DNA of 64,000 bases from an uncultured virus (IMG/VR IMGVR_UViG_3300021087_000010). Lineage: Duplodnaviria > Heunggongvirae > Uroviricota > Caudoviricetes. The position numbers were made by a program, and so were the translations under genes. The notes beneath the pieces were generated by a model. The model was given only the letters and a program-made list of their open reading frames with translations. It ran no database searches and was not told the DNA's origin. Position 1 is the first letter of the stretch. Every line of letters begins with the position of its first letter. Below are positions 35,834 through 45,039 of this stretch, piece after piece. The DNA lies in the IMG/VR virus record IMGVR_UViG_3300021087_000010; one strand, given 5' to 3'.

Positions 35834-38443
35834 ATGAACATGAACCTATTTCCTAAATTTGCACTGGTGGCTCTGTTAGGAGCCTTCTGTGCGAGCCCCA
35901 TACAAGCTGATTACATCTATGAAGCAAATCAAGGTTTATACGATTTACAAACTAATTCATCGGGTACAACAGGATTGGGCTCAAATGATGATTCAGTATC
36001 AGGAGCTTTTAATTTAGGTTTTACTTTTACTTTTTATGGTGAAGACTTCACTCACGCTAGAATGGCAACTAATGGTTGTCTTCATTTTAAGACTTCAGGA
36101 GCTTACTGCAACGATTATACACCCGACCCCTTAACAGGACAACACACTTATACTTTATATCCTTTTTGGACTGATTTAATAAAAGATAATGGTTCAGCTA
36201 TGAAAGCTAAGGCTTTTAATGACTATACTATTTTTGGTTGGTATAAGATGAGGGAGTATAATCAATCTAATACAGATAATAGTTTTGAAGTTTGGTTATA
36301 TCCTAATAACACATTTGAATATAGATATCGTGAACTTGATATTGATAGTCATGATGTACTTATTGGAGAAATAGGAAGTGGAACATCAGAAATGTATACT
36401 TATCTATACCATGATGAATGTAATACAGGTACGACCAACTCTAATAGCTGTGTAAGCGTTAACTGGAATAGTACCTCTTTTAATACTTTATTAGAAAACG
36501 GGGGTTCTTTGTATGGAGTAGGCACAGGAAATGCATTAGATTGTAGCAGCGCATTAAATAATGAAGCCTGCCCAGGATATGCAGCAGCCTATTTAACACA
36601 ACAATGTGATATAAACTCTTTATATAGCAACTCTTGTACTGGTTATGCAGCAGCATACTTAGCTCAACAATGTGCTTTAGATTCTTTATACGATTCAGCG
36701 TGTCCTTACTATGCTTCAACTTTATTTGATGCTGATTGCGAAGATGACCCTCAATTCTCTCCAGCCTGCGCAGGTTACACACAAGAAGCCTCCGTAGCTT
36801 ATTATACTGAGTATGAAGAGGATACGTATGGCTATGAAGAAGATTCTCAATATGGTTATGACGAAGATGGAAATGCTTGGGCTGAAGAAGATATGTGGTA
36901 TGATGAAGAGTATGATGAGTACTTAGACCCAAATGACCCTTGTTTTGAAAACAGGTGCGAAGGATTCACAGATGCTGATTGGTACGCACTAGATATAGAA
37001 GAATTTGGACAAGAACAAGTTGACCTATTATACGGAACTGAAGTAGCTTTTGATAATGAAGGCATGGTGAATTTTAGTGAAAGCACTCATAGTACTTATG
37101 ATGACTTAGACACTAACTTTGATATAATGGATCAAGAAATGGAAGAATACCATGCTTATGTAGATGACCTTCCTGAACTATTTGAGATAGAAGAATTTTC
37201 AACAGTTACTGATTATATACCAAATGACTTATTAGAAGAGTTCGAATTCCAAGTTTTAGTACTTAATGATACATTCCGTGAAGAAGAAGAAATTTTTGAA
37301 GAATTTGAAAATATTGAAGAATTTGAAGAATGGTATGAAGAAGAAATGGAAGAGTACTTCTCCGAAGAAGTTTTTACCGAAGAAGAATATGAAGAAGAAC
37401 TTTACGCAGAGGAAGAGATATTTGAAGAAGAATTTGTTGAAGAAATTTTTGAAGATATAGAAGAACTAAGGGAAGAATTAATCGAAGAAGAGCTACTTGC
37501 AGAGGAAGGCGAAAGAGCTCAAACAGAAGAACTACTCGCTGAGGAAACTCCAGAGTTAGTTGCTTTTTCAGAGCCCGCAAGACAATCAGACCGTTCTTCA
37601 CGAAGAGAAGCAGCAAGAAGAATAGTTGCAGGAACAATAGCAGCAGCTACACGAAGTACAGACTATAGTGGCAGTACTGCAGGAACCTCAGCAACACAAA
37701 CAGGAACTTCTGTAGCTTCAGGTGGGGCCTCTTCAACAGGTGGTATAAGTGTATCAAGTTCCCCTAGTATATCAGACCAATTTTCAAGTGCTTCACAACA
37801 AACTCAACAAGTTTTATCTATGAGCCCTAGTACTGCTGTAGCAAGTAGTTCAGTAGGTGGAGGAGGAACAACCTTTGCAAGTTCATCAAGTTCCTCAAAT
37901 TCCTCAAACTCATCAAGTACAGTGGTAGCTTCAAATACTTCAAGCTCCTCTAGTAGTGATTCGAGTACTTCAGGTTCCTCGACCTCAGAGTCTTCAGTAG
38001 GCTCTTCTTCAGTATCTATAACACCAATGCCAGGAATAGATGGAACAGCAACTGGAGCAATGGTAGATGTACAAGTTTCCAACTTATCTGGAGAAATTGA
38101 TACTGCAATGTCTGGCGCTATGACAGCTTCCGAAGCTGATACAATAGCAGATCAAATTGTTGCAGCTAATATTGAAGAACAACAAGAACAAGGAACAACT
38201 ACTCAAGAAGAAACAGGAAAATATGGAGACGAGAGTACTCTTGTAGCCTATTTAGGATATGTGCCAGGTTTTAATGCCTATACAAGTGCACAACTTCCAA
38301 AACAAACAAGCTGGTATGAGCCAACATCTCTTGATGGTGGTTATATAGAAGACAACATACAAGCATTTTATCAATTAGCAGGTACTAACATAAGAAATAT
38401 GACTGCTATGGTTAATTCACAACCAAATTTATTAGGAGAATAA
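35834..38443 (+). CDS. large secreted acidic protein (NIDO-like N-terminus, Cys repeats, Glu-rich and Ser-rich tracts)
   Basis: Signal peptide, LGFTFTFYG..NG...YPFWTDL, and C.GYAAAYL.QQC repeats. Confidence 0.8.
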   Translation: MNMNLFPKFALVALLGAFCASPIQADYIYEANQGLYDLQTNSSGTTGLGSNDDSVSGAFNLGFTFTFYGEDFTHARMATNGCLHFKTSGAYCNDYTPDPLTGQHTYTLYPFWTDLIKDNGSAMKAKAFNDYTIFGWYKMREYNQSNTDNSFEVWLYPNNTFEYRYRELDIDSHDVLIGEIGSGTSEMYTYLYHDECNTGTTNSNSCVSVNWNSTSFNTLLENGGSLYGVGTGNALDCSSALNNEACPGYAAAYLTQQCDINSLYSNSCTGYAAAYLAQQCALDSLYDSACPYYASTLFDADCEDDPQFSPACAGYTQEASVAYYTEYEEDTYGYEEDSQYGYDEDGNAWAEEDMWYDEEYDEYLDPNDPCFENRCEGFTDADWYALDIEEFGQEQVDLLYGTEVAFDNEGMVNFSESTHSTYDDLDTNFDIMDQEMEEYHAYVDDLPELFEIEEFSTVTDYIPNDLLEEFEFQVLVLNDTFREEEEIFEEFENIEEFEEWYEEEMEEYFSEEVFTEEEYEEELYAEEEIFEEEFVEEIFEDIEELREELIEEELLAEEGERAQTEELLAEETPELVAFSEPARQSDRSSRREAARRIVAGTIAAATRSTDYSGSTAGTSATQTGTSVASGGASSTGGISVSSSPSISDQFSSASQQTQQVLSMSPSTAVASSSVGGGGTTFASSSSSSNSSNSSSTVVASNTSSSSSSDSSTSGSSTSESSVGSSSVSITPMPGIDGTATGAMVDVQVSNLSGEIDTAMSGAMTASEADTIADQIVAANIEEQQEQGTTTQEETGKYGDESTLVAYLGYVPGFNAYTSAQLPKQTSWYEPTSLDGGYIEDNIQAFYQLAGTNIRNMTAMVNSQPNLLGE

Positions 38444-38444
38444 T

Positions 38445-38816
38445 ATGGAGTTTTTTCAAAAGAAAACAACACAAATAATAGGATTAGTAACTATTATAGG
38501 AACCTTAGCAGGTTTCGGATATACTGGAGCAACCTATGTCAATAGACTAGAAAATCTGGAAGCAAAGATTGGTGGAGTAAAGGAAGCAGATGACGGGCTA
38601 CAAGCAATCGAAGAAAGATTTGTAGCTATAGAAACTTCTGTGCAATTTATTAATAAGTCTATAGATGAAAGTCTAGTAGCTAGACTTAATAGAAATGGCG
38701 ATAGTTTAAAGGTAATAGACGAAGGTTTAACATCAATAAAAACTGATATCGCTACTTTAAAGGCGGACGTAAAGAATCTTAAAGAGGACACAGAAGGAAA
38801 TCCTCTCGCCGATTAA
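38445..38816 (+). CDS. N-terminal TM coiled-coil protein
   Basis: TM helix followed by a heptad pattern, ending GNPLAD. Confidence 0.65.
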   Translation: MEFFQKKTTQIIGLVTIIGTLAGFGYTGATYVNRLENLEAKIGGVKEADDGLQAIEERFVAIETSVQFINKSIDESLVARLNRNGDSLKVIDEGLTSIKTDIATLKADVKNLKEDTEGNPLAD

Positions 38817-38917
38817 CTGACTAGTTATACCAATCGAAAAATAGTTCTTGACTTTGATTCTTAATTTTGGTATAATTAACAAGTGGAATTTTAATTCACA
38901 AGGAAAAGGGCAACTTA

Positions 38918-39163
38918 ATGAATGAGGCAGACTCGAAAGAAACTGAACTCGATATGAGACTTACCACACATGAAGCAATTTGTGCAGAGCGTTGGAAAAC
39001 TGTATTTAACCAGCTAGAGGGTATAGAATCCCGAGCTGGAGGAAGGTTTTCTGGGCTGGAAGGTCAAGTAACTCGTTTAGAGACAATAATGATCGGCGTA
39101 GCAGCTACTGGCTTAATGGCGGGTGGCGGATTGCTTTGGTCAATGTTCATGATGCTGCCCTAA
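38918..39163 (+). CDS. small coiled-coil plus C-terminal TM protein
   Basis: HEAICAERW motif, seen in phage lysis-associated proteins. Promoter at ~38848-38876. Confidence 0.55.
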   Translation: MNEADSKETELDMRLTTHEAICAERWKTVFNQLEGIESRAGGRFSGLEGQVTRLETIMIGVAATGLMAGGGLLWSMFMMLP

Positions 39164-39184
39164 TTTAAAGGAAAATTTAAAAAT

Positions 39185-39790
39185 ATGAAAAAAATACTCG
39201 CATTAATACTAACCTTAACTGCAACATCAGCTTTTGCTGACGTTAGCGGAGGTGTTAGTTTAGTTTCAGATTATTTCTGGAGAGGCGTAAGCCAAACAGA
39301 GGGTTCCGCTGCAGTCCAATTTGGAATAGAAGCAGACAAAAATGGTTTTTATGGTGGGGCTTGGGCATCTACTGTAGATTTTGGAGGAGACGAATCCATA
39401 GAATATGATTTCTACGGAGGATATACTGTTGCACTTGGGGATTTAGCGATAGATCTTGGAGTAATTCAATATAACTATGATGATGGCGCAGATTCTGTAG
39501 AAGAATGGTATTCAGTACTTTCTTACAGTGTATTATCTCTTGGTTATTATCAAGATATGGATAATCAAAATGCTGATTACGTAGAAGTAGAAGTAGGACT
39601 CCCATTTGTTAAATTTATAGACGCATCTTTAAGATACGGTGAATTTGCAGATGATAGTAACTATACACAATTAACTCTCTCAAAAGACTTATCAAACAGT
39701 TTTTCAGTAGGACTAGAATTAGTTTCAGAAGAAGCTATTGATTTAGACTTATCAGAAAGAGTTGCAGTAAATTGGGGGTGGTCATTCTAA
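39185..39790 (+). CDS. TorF/Gcw_chp-like putative outer-membrane porin
   Basis: Signal peptide, VSDYFWRGVSQT..AVQFG...GFYGGAWAS, EYDFYGGY and terminal F. Confidence 0.85.
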   Translation: MKKILALILTLTATSAFADVSGGVSLVSDYFWRGVSQTEGSAAVQFGIEADKNGFYGGAWASTVDFGGDESIEYDFYGGYTVALGDLAIDLGVIQYNYDDGADSVEEWYSVLSYSVLSLGYYQDMDNQNADYVEVEVGLPFVKFIDASLRYGEFADDSNYTQLTLSKDLSNSFSVGLELVSEEAIDLDLSERVAVNWGWSF

Positions 39791-40213
39791 GTGGCTTACT
39801 CACAAAAAGTAGTACAACGATTTGAAAATGTACTAAAAAACCCACAAGCACATAACGTTGGTCGTTTTGACCCTGCTAAACCTAATATTGGTACTGGTAT
39901 GGTCGGAGCTCCAGCTTGTGGAGATGTTATGAGATTACAACTAAAAGTTGAAGATGGCATAATTGAAGACGTTAAATTTAAAACATATGGTTGTGGATCA
40001 GCCATAGCAAGTTCGAGTGAGTTAATCGACTTACTTACAGGCAGTACTTTGGAACAGGCGAAATCTATCACTAATAAACAAATAGCTAACGCATTAGAAC
40101 TTCCGCCTATCAAATTACACTGTTCTGTACTCGCTGAAGATTCAATTAAACAAGCTGTAGGTGATTATGAATCCAAAGCAGAGCAAAGAAGGCACAATGG
40201 AGGCCCAGAATGA
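39791..40213 (+). CDS. iscU: Fe-S scaffold IscU/NifU-N
   Basis: GAPACGDVM, KTYGCGSAIAS and LPPIKLHCSVLAE. Confidence 0.95.
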   Translation: MAYSQKVVQRFENVLKNPQAHNVGRFDPAKPNIGTGMVGAPACGDVMRLQLKVEDGIIEDVKFKTYGCGSAIASSSELIDLLTGSTLEQAKSITNKQIANALELPPIKLHCSVLAEDSIKQAVGDYESKAEQRRHNGGPE

Positions 40214-40642
40214 TTAAAGATTATAGCACAAAAGAGGTTAAAGCAACAAAAATGAAAAAACCTAAACCTAGCACAATGAAAGCACCAGCTCACGAAGACG
40301 GTTTTATTTTTGAGAAAGATAAGATGTTTTTCTTTAAATGGAAAGGGGGAGAATGTGGATATCATTCTCGCGTAGATGCTGAAGCTGGTTTAGAAAAAGT
40401 AAGTGGCAAATTTAAAGAAGAAGATTAAAGCTGCTTGGTTATGGTTTATATCGAAATTCTTTCCTCGATATGAACTTACAGTAAGTTATAACCAGACATG
40501 GGGAGATACAGATGACAGAGCGTTTACTGTCAAAAAATTCTATAAACGAACAGATAAATATTTGAAATTTAAAACACATGAGGGCGACATGGTAGAAATA
40601 AGGGGCGCTCAAGGACTTAATTATAGAATAGAGGAGTTATAA
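40210..40642 (+). CDS. two small hypothetical proteins (40210-40428, 40403-40642)
   Basis: Overlapping ORFs in the track. Confidence 0.5.
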
Positions 40643-40736
40643 TGGAATATTATTGGTTATTAAACTTAACATGTATTATCTTAGTTTCATATTGGATAGG
40701 TAGATGGGACGGCAAGAGTAAAGTGGAGAATAAATT

Positions 40737-41132
40737 ATGAACCAAGTATTAATAGGAATACTACTAGTATTAGGAATATTCAGTTATTACTTATACAGTG
40801 AAAATATTACTTTAAAAGCCAATAATTTAGCTTTAGAGGGTGCAATAGAAACACAAAAAGAAGCTATGGAAGTCATGAAAGGAGACTTTGAACTTCAAAG
40901 TACTCAACTGAATGAACTATCTCTAAAGAGCCAAGCGGCCCAAAGAGAATTAAATAGGTATTCTCAATTTATATCAGAATACAAACTTACAGCAAAAATT
41001 TTAGAAAATCCAACTGAAATGGAAAGGAAAATAAACAATGGAACAAAACACATATTCGAAGACATTGAGAAACTTAGCGATACTGTTGACAATCTCGATG
41101 ATGGCCTCCAGTTGCAGCCTTCTAGGCACTAA
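40737..41132 (+). CDS. i-spanin (Rz-like)
   Basis: N-terminal TM plus coiled coil, overlapped by a lipoprotein gene. Confidence 0.75.
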   Translation: MNQVLIGILLVLGIFSYYLYSENITLKANNLALEGAIETQKEAMEVMKGDFELQSTQLNELSLKSQAAQRELNRYSQFISEYKLTAKILENPTEMERKINNGTKHIFEDIEKLSDTVDNLDDGLQLQPSRH

Positions 41133-41496
41133 ACAGGTAGAAATAGTAGCGAAACCGATTGAGCGAACTATCGTTCAACCAGTCATGCCTCGAGAAATAG
41201 ACTTAAAAGAGCCCACATGGTTTGTAGTTACTCCTGCTAACTTTGAGGAGTTCCAATCAAGAGTAATTGAACAAGAGAAAGAATTGGTATTTTTAGCAAT
41301 GACAGTACCAGATTACGAAGTAATGGCATACAATATGCAAGAACTTAAACGATATATAACCGAACTTAAAGAAGTGGTTGTTTATTATCGTAAAGTCACA
41401 ATGCCACCTTCTGAAGTAAAGAAGGAAAATGAAGAGGGGAGTAAACGACCAACAATAGGTCTATTCCCTAGAGATAAAACTGAAACAACAGACTAA
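41038..41496 (+). CDS. o-spanin (Rz1-like lipoprotein)
   Basis: Lipobox ASSC, Pro-rich segment, overlaps the i-spanin 3' end. Confidence 0.75.
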   Translation: MEQNTYSKTLRNLAILLTISMMASSCSLLGTKQVEIVAKPIERTIVQPVMPREIDLKEPTWFVVTPANFEEFQSRVIEQEKELVFLAMTVPDYEVMAYNMQELKRYITELKEVVVYYRKVTMPPSEVKKENEEGSKRPTIGLFPRDKTETTD

Positions 41497-41712
41497 ATGA
41501 AACATATGATAAAATGGCTTAAAGTATGCGCCTTTTTATTAGCACTCATGTTGGTAGTACATATGCTAGAAATAGCGTATGATATTATATATCATTCAAT
41601 CGATATTACAACATTATTTGATAAACGCTAATAGATAAAACTAATGGTTGTCGTAGATAGTTTATTACGACATGAATCAGTAGATAGATTATTACTGATA
41701 AGGAGAACTAAT

Positions 41713-41985
41713 ATGAAGTACTTAATAATAAGTATTTTCACCCTACTTATAGCAAGTTGCGCATCAGTCGGATCAGTTATAGATAGTACAAAAGCTGTAG
41801 CCACAGGGGTACTAGATATGACCGTAGGAACTGCCTCTAGAGTTGTTGGAGCTGTTGCAGAAGATGTAGCAGATACAACAGCATTTGTAGCAGATACAAC
41901 AGCGGGCACAATTACTGCAGTTGCAGAAAAAGTAGATGAAGAAACAGATCAATTACAGGACGAAGATAGCCCAAAAGAGAAATAG
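41713..41985 (+). CDS. lipoprotein with Ala/Thr/Val-rich amphipathic repeats
   Basis: AGGAG SD and MKYLIISIFTLLIASC. Confidence 0.7.
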   Translation: MKYLIISIFTLLIASCASVGSVIDSTKAVATGVLDMTVGTASRVVGAVAEDVADTTAFVADTTAGTITAVAEKVDEETDQLQDEDSPKEK

Positions 41986-42185
41986 CCCCTCTAAGTCAGA
42001 AAGAGGAATCTGCTAAATCAAAAGCATTAATAGAAATAGAAGTAGAAAATAAGTCAGAATTGACCAATGTTTCTGCTTTTATAAAACATTATTGTAGTGG
42101 CGATATCATTAGATGTGAACTAAAAATTATATTTAAAGACTGACCTTGATAATATATCATGCCTATTACATTAAAGGAGAAAGAG

Positions 42186-42329
42186 ATGATTCACAAAAGT
42201 AGACTTAAAGTTTGCAGTACCTGTGATCAGTTAAATAAGTTTAAGGTGTGTAAAGCATGTATGTGCTTTATGCCGATTAAAGCAAGGCTTAATAGGGCAT
42301 CGTGTCCAAAGCAAAAATGGGAGAAATAG
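42186..42329 (+). CDS. small Cys-rich metal-binding protein
   Basis: Manual 47-aa ORF R..VCSTC...CKACMCF..KAR....CP..KW with GGAG SD. Confidence 0.7.
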   Translation: MIHKSRLKVCSTCDQLNKFKVCKACMCFMPIKARLNRASCPKQKWEK

Positions 42330-42488
42330 ATGGATTGGTTAAAGAGTAGAGTTTCAGAAAGAACAAGTTGGGACGGAGCGGTTCTAGTAGTAGTTTGTGG
42401 ACTAGTATTGTTCACAGGCGGAGTTGCCAAAATATTAGCAGCAGCTGGACTATGCTACGGTGCATGGACTTGTTATAAAGCTGAATAA
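42330..42488 (+). CDS. small two-TM protein
   Basis: Manual 52-aa ORF MDWLKSRVSERTSWDG... Confidence 0.65.
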   Translation: MDWLKSRVSERTSWDGAVLVVVCGLVLFTGGVAKILAAAGLCYGAWTCYKAE

Positions 42489-42571
42489 TGCCTTACGGTA
42501 AAGGAACATATGGGAAGACAAGGGGTCGTCCCAAAAAGAAAAAAGGGAAGAAGAGAGGCAAAAAGTCTTAA
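42488..42571 (+). CDS. 27-aa basic peptide with AT-hook-like RGRP
   Basis: MPYGKGTYGKTRGRPKKKKGKKRGKKS, coupled to the upstream stop (TAATG). Confidence 0.55.
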   Translation: MPYGKGTYGKTRGRPKKKKGKKRGKKS

Positions 42572-42649
42572 TAACTTCTCAGAATTAAAACAGAGTGAGC
42601 GTACCAAGATAAGTGACTTCTTAAGCGGTACGCTCAATCACATAATAAA

Positions 42650-42799
42650 ATGGTAAATAAATTTAAACAAAAAGCTAAACAGCTATGGAACATGATTAAT
42701 GGTACAGACAAAAACTTAGATGGACAAGTCGATATTCAGGATAAAATGATTGAAGCCAAGCAAAAAGCAAAAGAACGAGAAATCGTAAAGGAGAAATAA
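42650..42799 (+). CDS. small protein with EF-hand/dockerin-like loop
   Basis: Manual 49-aa ORF containing DKNLDGQVDIQD. Confidence 0.55.
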   Translation: MVNKFKQKAKQLWNMINGTDKNLDGQVDIQDKMIEAKQKAKEREIVKEK

Positions 42800-43293
42800 A
42801 TGTCTTTCAGAGTAATCGCTGCTGAAGCAGCTTGCGGTGTTAACGTGGGTGCAGCTTCCACATTTTCTAACTCTACAGATGTTAGACTTGTGAATTCAGG
42901 GGCTACAAATAGAGTAGTAACTGTTGCAAATAGCGCAGACGCTACACTAGGGTCTTTCACACTAGCAGATGGAGAAGTAACTTTCATTAGAAAAGATCAA
43001 ACTGATCAAATATTTGCTGCTAACGCAGAAGTATTAGGTACACCAGTAATTTTTAGCTAATGGACGATAAAACTGTTTGGTTAGAAGAGGTTGCAGCTAC
43101 TTGTAGCGTGACTTTGTCTATCTTAAACAAAAAAGCTGAACAGGACGGACACGTATCTGAGCCTGATCAGGTTATGAGTAATATATGTATGGGGTATTTA
43201 TATCTTTTGAACGTATGCGACTCAGCAGGAGTGCTAGATGATTTTGTTAATCAGCACCAAATAGGTACTGTACTAAATAGAACTATACACTAA
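42800..43293 (+). CDS. two small proteins (42800-43060 beta-rich, possibly virion; 43060-43293)
   Basis: AGGAG SD, coupled to TerL. Confidence 0.55.
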
Positions 43294-44594
43294 TGCTCGA
43301 TGTTAGCAGAAAAGATATTCTTAGCGAAGATATTATGACTTTCGGTACAGCTGAAAGATTTATAAAGTTACCTATAGATGAATATATGAACTTATTAGGT
43401 ATAGAACCTAATTCGGCTCAAACGGCATTAATCAATGCCTTAAACAACCCAAAATACAGATTTGTATGCGCCGCTATATCTAGACGGCAAGGAAAAACGT
43501 ATATAACAAATGTCATCGGACAACTTGTTTCACTCGTGCCAGGCTCCAGCATATTAATTATGTCCCCCAACTACTCATTATCACAAATTTCTTTTGATTT
43601 ACAAAGACAGCTAATAAAGCACTTTGATCTTGAAGTGGTAAAAGATAACGCAAAAGATAAGGTAATAGAATTGTCAAATGGGTCGACAATAAGAATGGGT
43701 TCAGTAAATCAAGTGGATTCTGCTGTAGGTAGATCATATGATTTAATAATTTTTGACGAAGCAGCACTTGCTGATGGAAAGGATGCTTTTAATGTGGCTC
43801 TTCGTCCCACATTAGATAAAGATAATAGTAAAGCAGTATTTATTTCTACTCCTAGAGGGAGAAATAATTGGTTTGCTGACTTTTATCACAGAGGATTTAG
43901 TGATGAATTTAAAGATTGGGCTTCAATAAGAGCCACTTATCATGAAAACCCTCGCTTCAGTGATGAGGACATCAAAGAAGCACAAAGATCAATGTCCCAA
44001 GCGGAGTTTGCCCAAGAATACATGGCAGATTTTAACACTTATGAGGGACAAATTTGGAATTTTAATTTTGAAGAGTGTGTCGCAGACCTTAATCAGTTAG
44101 ATACTAGTAATATGGATGTATTCGCAGGATTGGACGTAGGATATAAAGATCCTACAGCTTTCTGCGTTATAGCATATGATTGGGATCAACGAAAATTTTA
44201 TCTTGTAGATGAATACATGGACGCTGAAAGAACTACAGAACAACATGCTATCGAAATTCGGAAAAGAGTAGAGAAATATAACATTGATTGGATTTATATC
44301 GATTCAGCGGCACAGCAAACTAGGTTTGACTTTGCACAAAACTACGATATTTCTACAATTAATGCTAAAAAGTCTATTCTAGACGGAATTGGGCATACAG
44401 CGGGTATCATAGACAATGATAATTTGATTATTGACCAACGATGTCAACAAGCTTTATCATGTGTAGACCAATATCAATGGGATAGTAACCCAAATTTACT
44501 TAAAGAAAAGCCAAAACATAATATGGCAAGTCATATGTCAGACGCTATTAGATATGCGCTGTACACTTTTGAGACTACAGCGAGTACTTTTTAG
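43293..44594 (+). CDS. terminase large subunit
   Basis: SRRQGKT, IIFDEAA, ISTPRG, GLDVG..DPTA and H.SDAIRY. Confidence 0.96.
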   Translation: MLDVSRKDILSEDIMTFGTAERFIKLPIDEYMNLLGIEPNSAQTALINALNNPKYRFVCAAISRRQGKTYITNVIGQLVSLVPGSSILIMSPNYSLSQISFDLQRQLIKHFDLEVVKDNAKDKVIELSNGSTIRMGSVNQVDSAVGRSYDLIIFDEAALADGKDAFNVALRPTLDKDNSKAVFISTPRGRNNWFADFYHRGFSDEFKDWASIRATYHENPRFSDEDIKEAQRSMSQAEFAQEYMADFNTYEGQIWNFNFEECVADLNQLDTSNMDVFAGLDVGYKDPTAFCVIAYDWDQRKFYLVDEYMDAERTTEQHAIEIRKRVEKYNIDWIYIDSAAQQTRFDFAQNYDISTINAKKSILDGIGHTAGIIDNDNLIIDQRCQQALSCVDQYQWDSNPNLLKEKPKHNMASHMSDAIRYALYTFETTASTF

Positions 44595-44667
44595 ATTTTG
44601 ACCTACCAAAAAATAAATGTTGACATGAAGGTGAATTTTTGGTATAATTTTATATAAATAGGAATTT

Positions 44668-45039
44668 ATGGATTTAAAACGAGATTTAGTCAAGTACGTT
44701 AGAGACAAAGCGAAATCTAAATATAAGAAAGACACCCAGTGCTTTATCTGTGGTGCGACGGAACATTTAGACTTTCACCATTTCTACGGAATGACTGAGT
44801 TATTAGAAAGTTGGCTGAGGAGTAATAGAATTACTATCACTTCTGCCGATGAAATCATGAATGTCCGAGAAAAATTTATTGATGAATTTAACAATGAGAT
44901 TTACAATGAAGCTGCTACACTATGCAAAGCCCACCACTTAAGGCTCCACAGTATTTATGGTAAGAGACCAAGATTAGTGACTGCACTTAAGCAAAAACGA
45001 TGGGTTGGAAAACAGAGAGAAAAACATGGCATGGTATGA
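44668..45039 (+). CDS. HNH nicking endonuclease (T5-type, between TerL and portal)
   Basis: CFICG...LDFHH...TLCKAHH..LH. Promoter at 44620-44648. Confidence 0.85.
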   Translation: MDLKRDLVKYVRDKAKSKYKKDTQCFICGATEHLDFHHFYGMTELLESWLRSNRITITSADEIMNVREKFIDEFNNEIYNEAATLCKAHHLRLHSIYGKRPRLVTALKQKRWVGKQREKHGMV

